This document shows, one piece after another, positions 61,601 to 64,000 of a stretch of DNA of 64,000 bases. This DNA comes from Candidatus Margulisiibacteriota bacterium (GTDB lineage Bacteria > Margulisbacteria > Marinamargulisbacteria > JBFWNS01). The notes beneath the pieces are model-generated. The model saw only the letters and a program-made list of their open reading frames with translations, did not search any database and had not been told where the DNA came from. The position numbers were made by a program, and so were the translations under genes. Position 1 is the stretch's first letter; each line of letters opens with the position of its first letter. The DNA lies in NCBI GenBank assembly GCA_050250935.1, contig JBFWNS010000008.1, positions 9,572-73,571 of the forward strand, read 5' to 3'.

Positions 61601-61745
61601 TATTCCTGTTGCAACCCTGTACCAGCTTAGTCCTGGATACGTGTCGGTTACAAACATCGGATCTAATTCCTTTGTGATAAATACGTATGATAGCTCTGGG
61701 ACGAACACGGATGCGGATTTTTCATTTCTTGTTATAGGATATTAA
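58614..61745 (+). pseudogene. exported fibre/adhesin-like repeat protein interrupted by one in-frame TAA at 58926-58928
   Basis: Signal peptide ORF and 929-aa ORF share a frame 27 nt apart; repeats TSAKIADG, IAYSKL, TATAFVGDGSQLTG, YTAGTGL. Confidence 0.75.
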
Positions 61746-61889
61746 TCTCTTGTAAAAATTCCTTATTGCCAAGAACGATAAGCCTGAGCTGCCACACCCC
61801 CTGAATTTTCAAAAACAGTGTGTGGCAAAAAAGGAGGTCATAAATCCCATCAAAATAAGGTGTCGAACCAGGTGATGGGTTAGAAGATT

Positions 61890-61988
61890 GTTACCAATAT
61901 TGGCACAAATACATTTGATATTAATACCTTCGATAACACAGGTACGCCATCAAATGAATTGTTTACTTTTATTGTGATGGGGCATTAG
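61890..61988 (+). pseudogene. orphan paralogous copy of the last 32 codons of the fibre-like gene
   Basis: VTNIGTNTFDINTFDNTGTPSNELFTFIVMGH* versus VTNIGSNSFVINTYDSSGTNTDADFSFLVIGY*. Confidence 0.85.
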
Positions 61989-62133
61989 TAGTGAATAGAA
62001 AACACCCCAGGAGGTTTATTCAGGAAAAAGTGTCGTAAATTCGATAGCTTTGATAAGCTATGGAGTCAGTACATCCCGCACCACAAGAAAGAACATCATG
62101 CCATCGGACCATTCAGACACAACACCGGAGAGA

Positions 62134-64000
62134 ATGCAGACAAATCGCAATCGGCCAATAGGCGGGGCGGTGCCAGCGAACACAACTTTGAACAAAAGAT
62201 CAGGTTGGTTTAGACGTTGGTCACTGGGACTTCTCTTTGTACTGGGGATTGGCATGGGGGGAAATGCTCTTTATGCCGCACCGCAGGGAACGCCCACGTT
62301 TTCGGTGAATGTGAATACGGCGGGCTCTTTATCCACCGTTAAATCGATGCGGGTTGATAGCGATGGGACAATGTATTTTCTTCATGGAAACGCAAACTCT
62401 TTTAGTAGACTATCGAGTGACGGGACATCTTACACGTCGATGAGCTTTTCCACGGCTATCCCCAACGCATCTAGCGGTCTTGATTTTGTGATTACAGGCA
62501 ATATCTTGTTTGTGGCGAATCAAGCGTCGCCACAAAGGATCTCCCGATATGATCTGAGCGGAAGTACAGCGACATTTGTTGCCAGTGCGAATACCGGCTC
62601 TGGAGCGCCTGCCCTGGCCATTGGGCCCGATGGGGTAGTTTATTTTTCGCGAAGTAACATTCTTGCCGCATTTGATTCGTCCCTTAGTTCGGTCCCGACT
62701 TCTGGACGGTATATTTCGACATCCAATACCCTTGCCACAGTTGCGAGATCCTATTTTTCGACCAACGGGAACTTTTATTACACGGCTATCAATGGGTCTG
62801 TCCGTCGGTTGATTCCCCCTGGAAATGCCGGGCAAGACACCATCGTAGCGACGGCAAATAATGGTAACAACACGCCCGGTTTTTTTGTTGCGCCCGATGG
62901 AACAATGTATACCGCAAGCCCAAACAGTGTGAAAAAATGGTCGCCGACAGGTAATGCACTGTGGAACATGAGCTTTGGCACGGGTGGTGTTCCGGCTCTG
63001 TCTGCAATGGCCGTAGACGCAACCGGAAATATCTATGTAACGAACACGAACGGGGATGTCAGACTCTATCAACCGATTAATCCGGTGAGTGAATTCAGTG
63101 CAACGAGCGCATCAGCAACCTCTGTCACCTTAAATTGGACATCGGGAGCTCTGGATAGCGACTTTGGCGGGGTGATGATTCGTCGAAGTAGCAGCGGAAC
63201 CCCAACCTCGGTAAGCGACGGCACTCTGGTGACTCAAAACAACACGGGCTCTTCCTACCAAGATACGGGACTGGAAGCTAGTACCACCTACTATTACACC
63301 ATTTTTAATAAAACCTCAGACGGGTTCTACAGCTCTGGGGTGACACTCTCCGTTACAACCGCTGCCGGAACCCCAGATGCCCCCGTGCTTTCGGCAACCC
63401 TGCCAGCGCCAAACAGTGGTTCGGTGTCCTTGTCGTGGAATGCCCCAGCCTTAACCGCAACCTTTTTACTGCAACGGTCCCAAGACGGGGGACCAGCCAC
63501 CACCGTCAGCGCCAATATGGATGTTTCGGTGACCAGCTATTCAGACACCGGCCTAAACGATGGCGCTTATGTGTATTCGCTCTATGCCATTAGTGCTTCG
63601 GGGGTTACCTCGAATGCCGGTGTTGCAGCCACCGTCAATATCGACGTGACAGCCCCCAGCCCACCCAGCCTGGAAGCATCCAAACCCACGCCCAACGGCA
63701 CCACGGTTTCGTTGGTCTGGAGCACGCCATCGGGGGCTGCCAAGTTTGCCTTGTTCCGGTCTAAAGACAACGCCGACCCGGTTTCTGTGAGTTCAAACAT
63801 TCCCCTGTCTACCACCAGCTACACCGACACGGACTTAACCGACGGGGACTATGTGTATTCAATCTACGCCATCGACGAGGTGGGCAATACCTCCAATGCC
63901 GGGATTTCCACCACAGTAAACATCGACACCACAGCCCCCAATGCCCCGAGCAGTTTTAATGCCACGGCATCGGGCAATGCCATTGCCTTGTCTTGGGTAA
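62134..64000 (+). CDS. secreted protein with beta-propeller-like region and fibronectin type III repeats (3' truncated by window)
   Basis: Frame read manually, open to the window end; GGAG RBS, signal-like segment, LAIGPDG/AVDATGNIYV, VTLNW...YQDTGL...YYY. Confidence 0.85.
   Translation, partial: MQTNRNRPIGGAVPANTTLNKRSGWFRRWSLGLLFVLGIGMGGNALYAAPQGTPTFSVNVNTAGSLSTVKSMRVDSDGTMYFLHGNANSFSRLSSDGTSYTSMSFSTAIPNASSGLDFVITGNILFVANQASPQRISRYDLSGSTATFVASANTGSGAPALAIGPDGVVYFSRSNILAAFDSSLSSVPTSGRYISTSNTLATVARSYFSTNGNFYYTAINGSVRRLIPPGNAGQDTIVATANNGNNTPGFFVAPDGTMYTASPNSVKKWSPTGNALWNMSFGTGGVPALSAMAVDATGNIYVTNTNGDVRLYQPINPVSEFSATSASATSVTLNWTSGALDSDFGGVMIRRSSSGTPTSVSDGTLVTQNNTGSSYQDTGLEASTTYYYTIFNKTSDGFYSSGVTLSVTTAAGTPDAPVLSATLPAPNSGSVSLSWNAPALTATFLLQRSQDGGPATTVSANMDVSVTSYSDTGLNDGAYVYSLYAISASGVTSNAGVAATVNIDVTAPSPPSLEASKPTPNGTTVSLVWSTPSGAAKFALFRSKDNADPVSVSSNIPLSTTSYTDTDLTDGDYVYSIYAIDEVGNTSNAGISTTVNIDTTAPNAPSSFNATASGNAIALSWV

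Noticed and set aside
58614..61745. Prophage tail-fibre region
   Set aside because: The gene has a signal peptide and no phage structural, packaging or integrase genes are adjacent
61647..61988. Possible DGR template/variable repeat pair
   Set aside because: Mismatches are not adenine-specific, many are synonymous third-position changes, and no reverse transcriptase is in the window
61751..62056. CGATAA/CGATAG at 61776 and 62042 as further copies of the shared promoter
   Set aside because: No TGCAA at the required spacing

Overview
Chromosomal window from a diderm, Terrabacteria-like bacterium (LCP-YqeK-RsfS block, UPF0182, GT9, a beta-barrel). A Margulisbacteria-like lineage is plausible but not proven from this sequence. 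Housekeeping content: comEC, sodC, prs, a sulfate ABC transporter, a CDP-3,6-dideoxyhexose (tyvelose-type) polysaccharide cluster, htpG, trpD, carbonic anhydrase, pirin, RluA and three tRNAs (Met, Ala, Ser). Interleaved with these are orphan genes carrying eukaryote-type domains: a mitochondrial-carrier (SLC25)-like protein, an F-box protein, a Hanks kinase, an actin-fragmin/PI-kinase-like protein, an ankyrin protein with GY[DN] repeats and a PP2C fragment. Seven orphan genes, including the carrier, F-box and Hanks kinase genes, share an upstream motif TGCAA-N17-CGATAA (five exact copies, two near copies). It resembles a sigma28 promoter with a variant -35 and suggests a co-regulated set of host-directed effectors. 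Other notable items: a PqqD/RRE-kinase-glycosyltransferase-nucleotidyltransferase putative RiPP cluster after tRNA-Ala; a RAYT-type transposase inside perfect 30-bp inverted repeats; tRNA-Ser-linked 194-bp tandem repeats; frequent leaderless promoters; and a nonsense-interrupted fibre-like gene followed by an orphan copy of its C-terminal tip. All product calls come from motif reading, not database searches.
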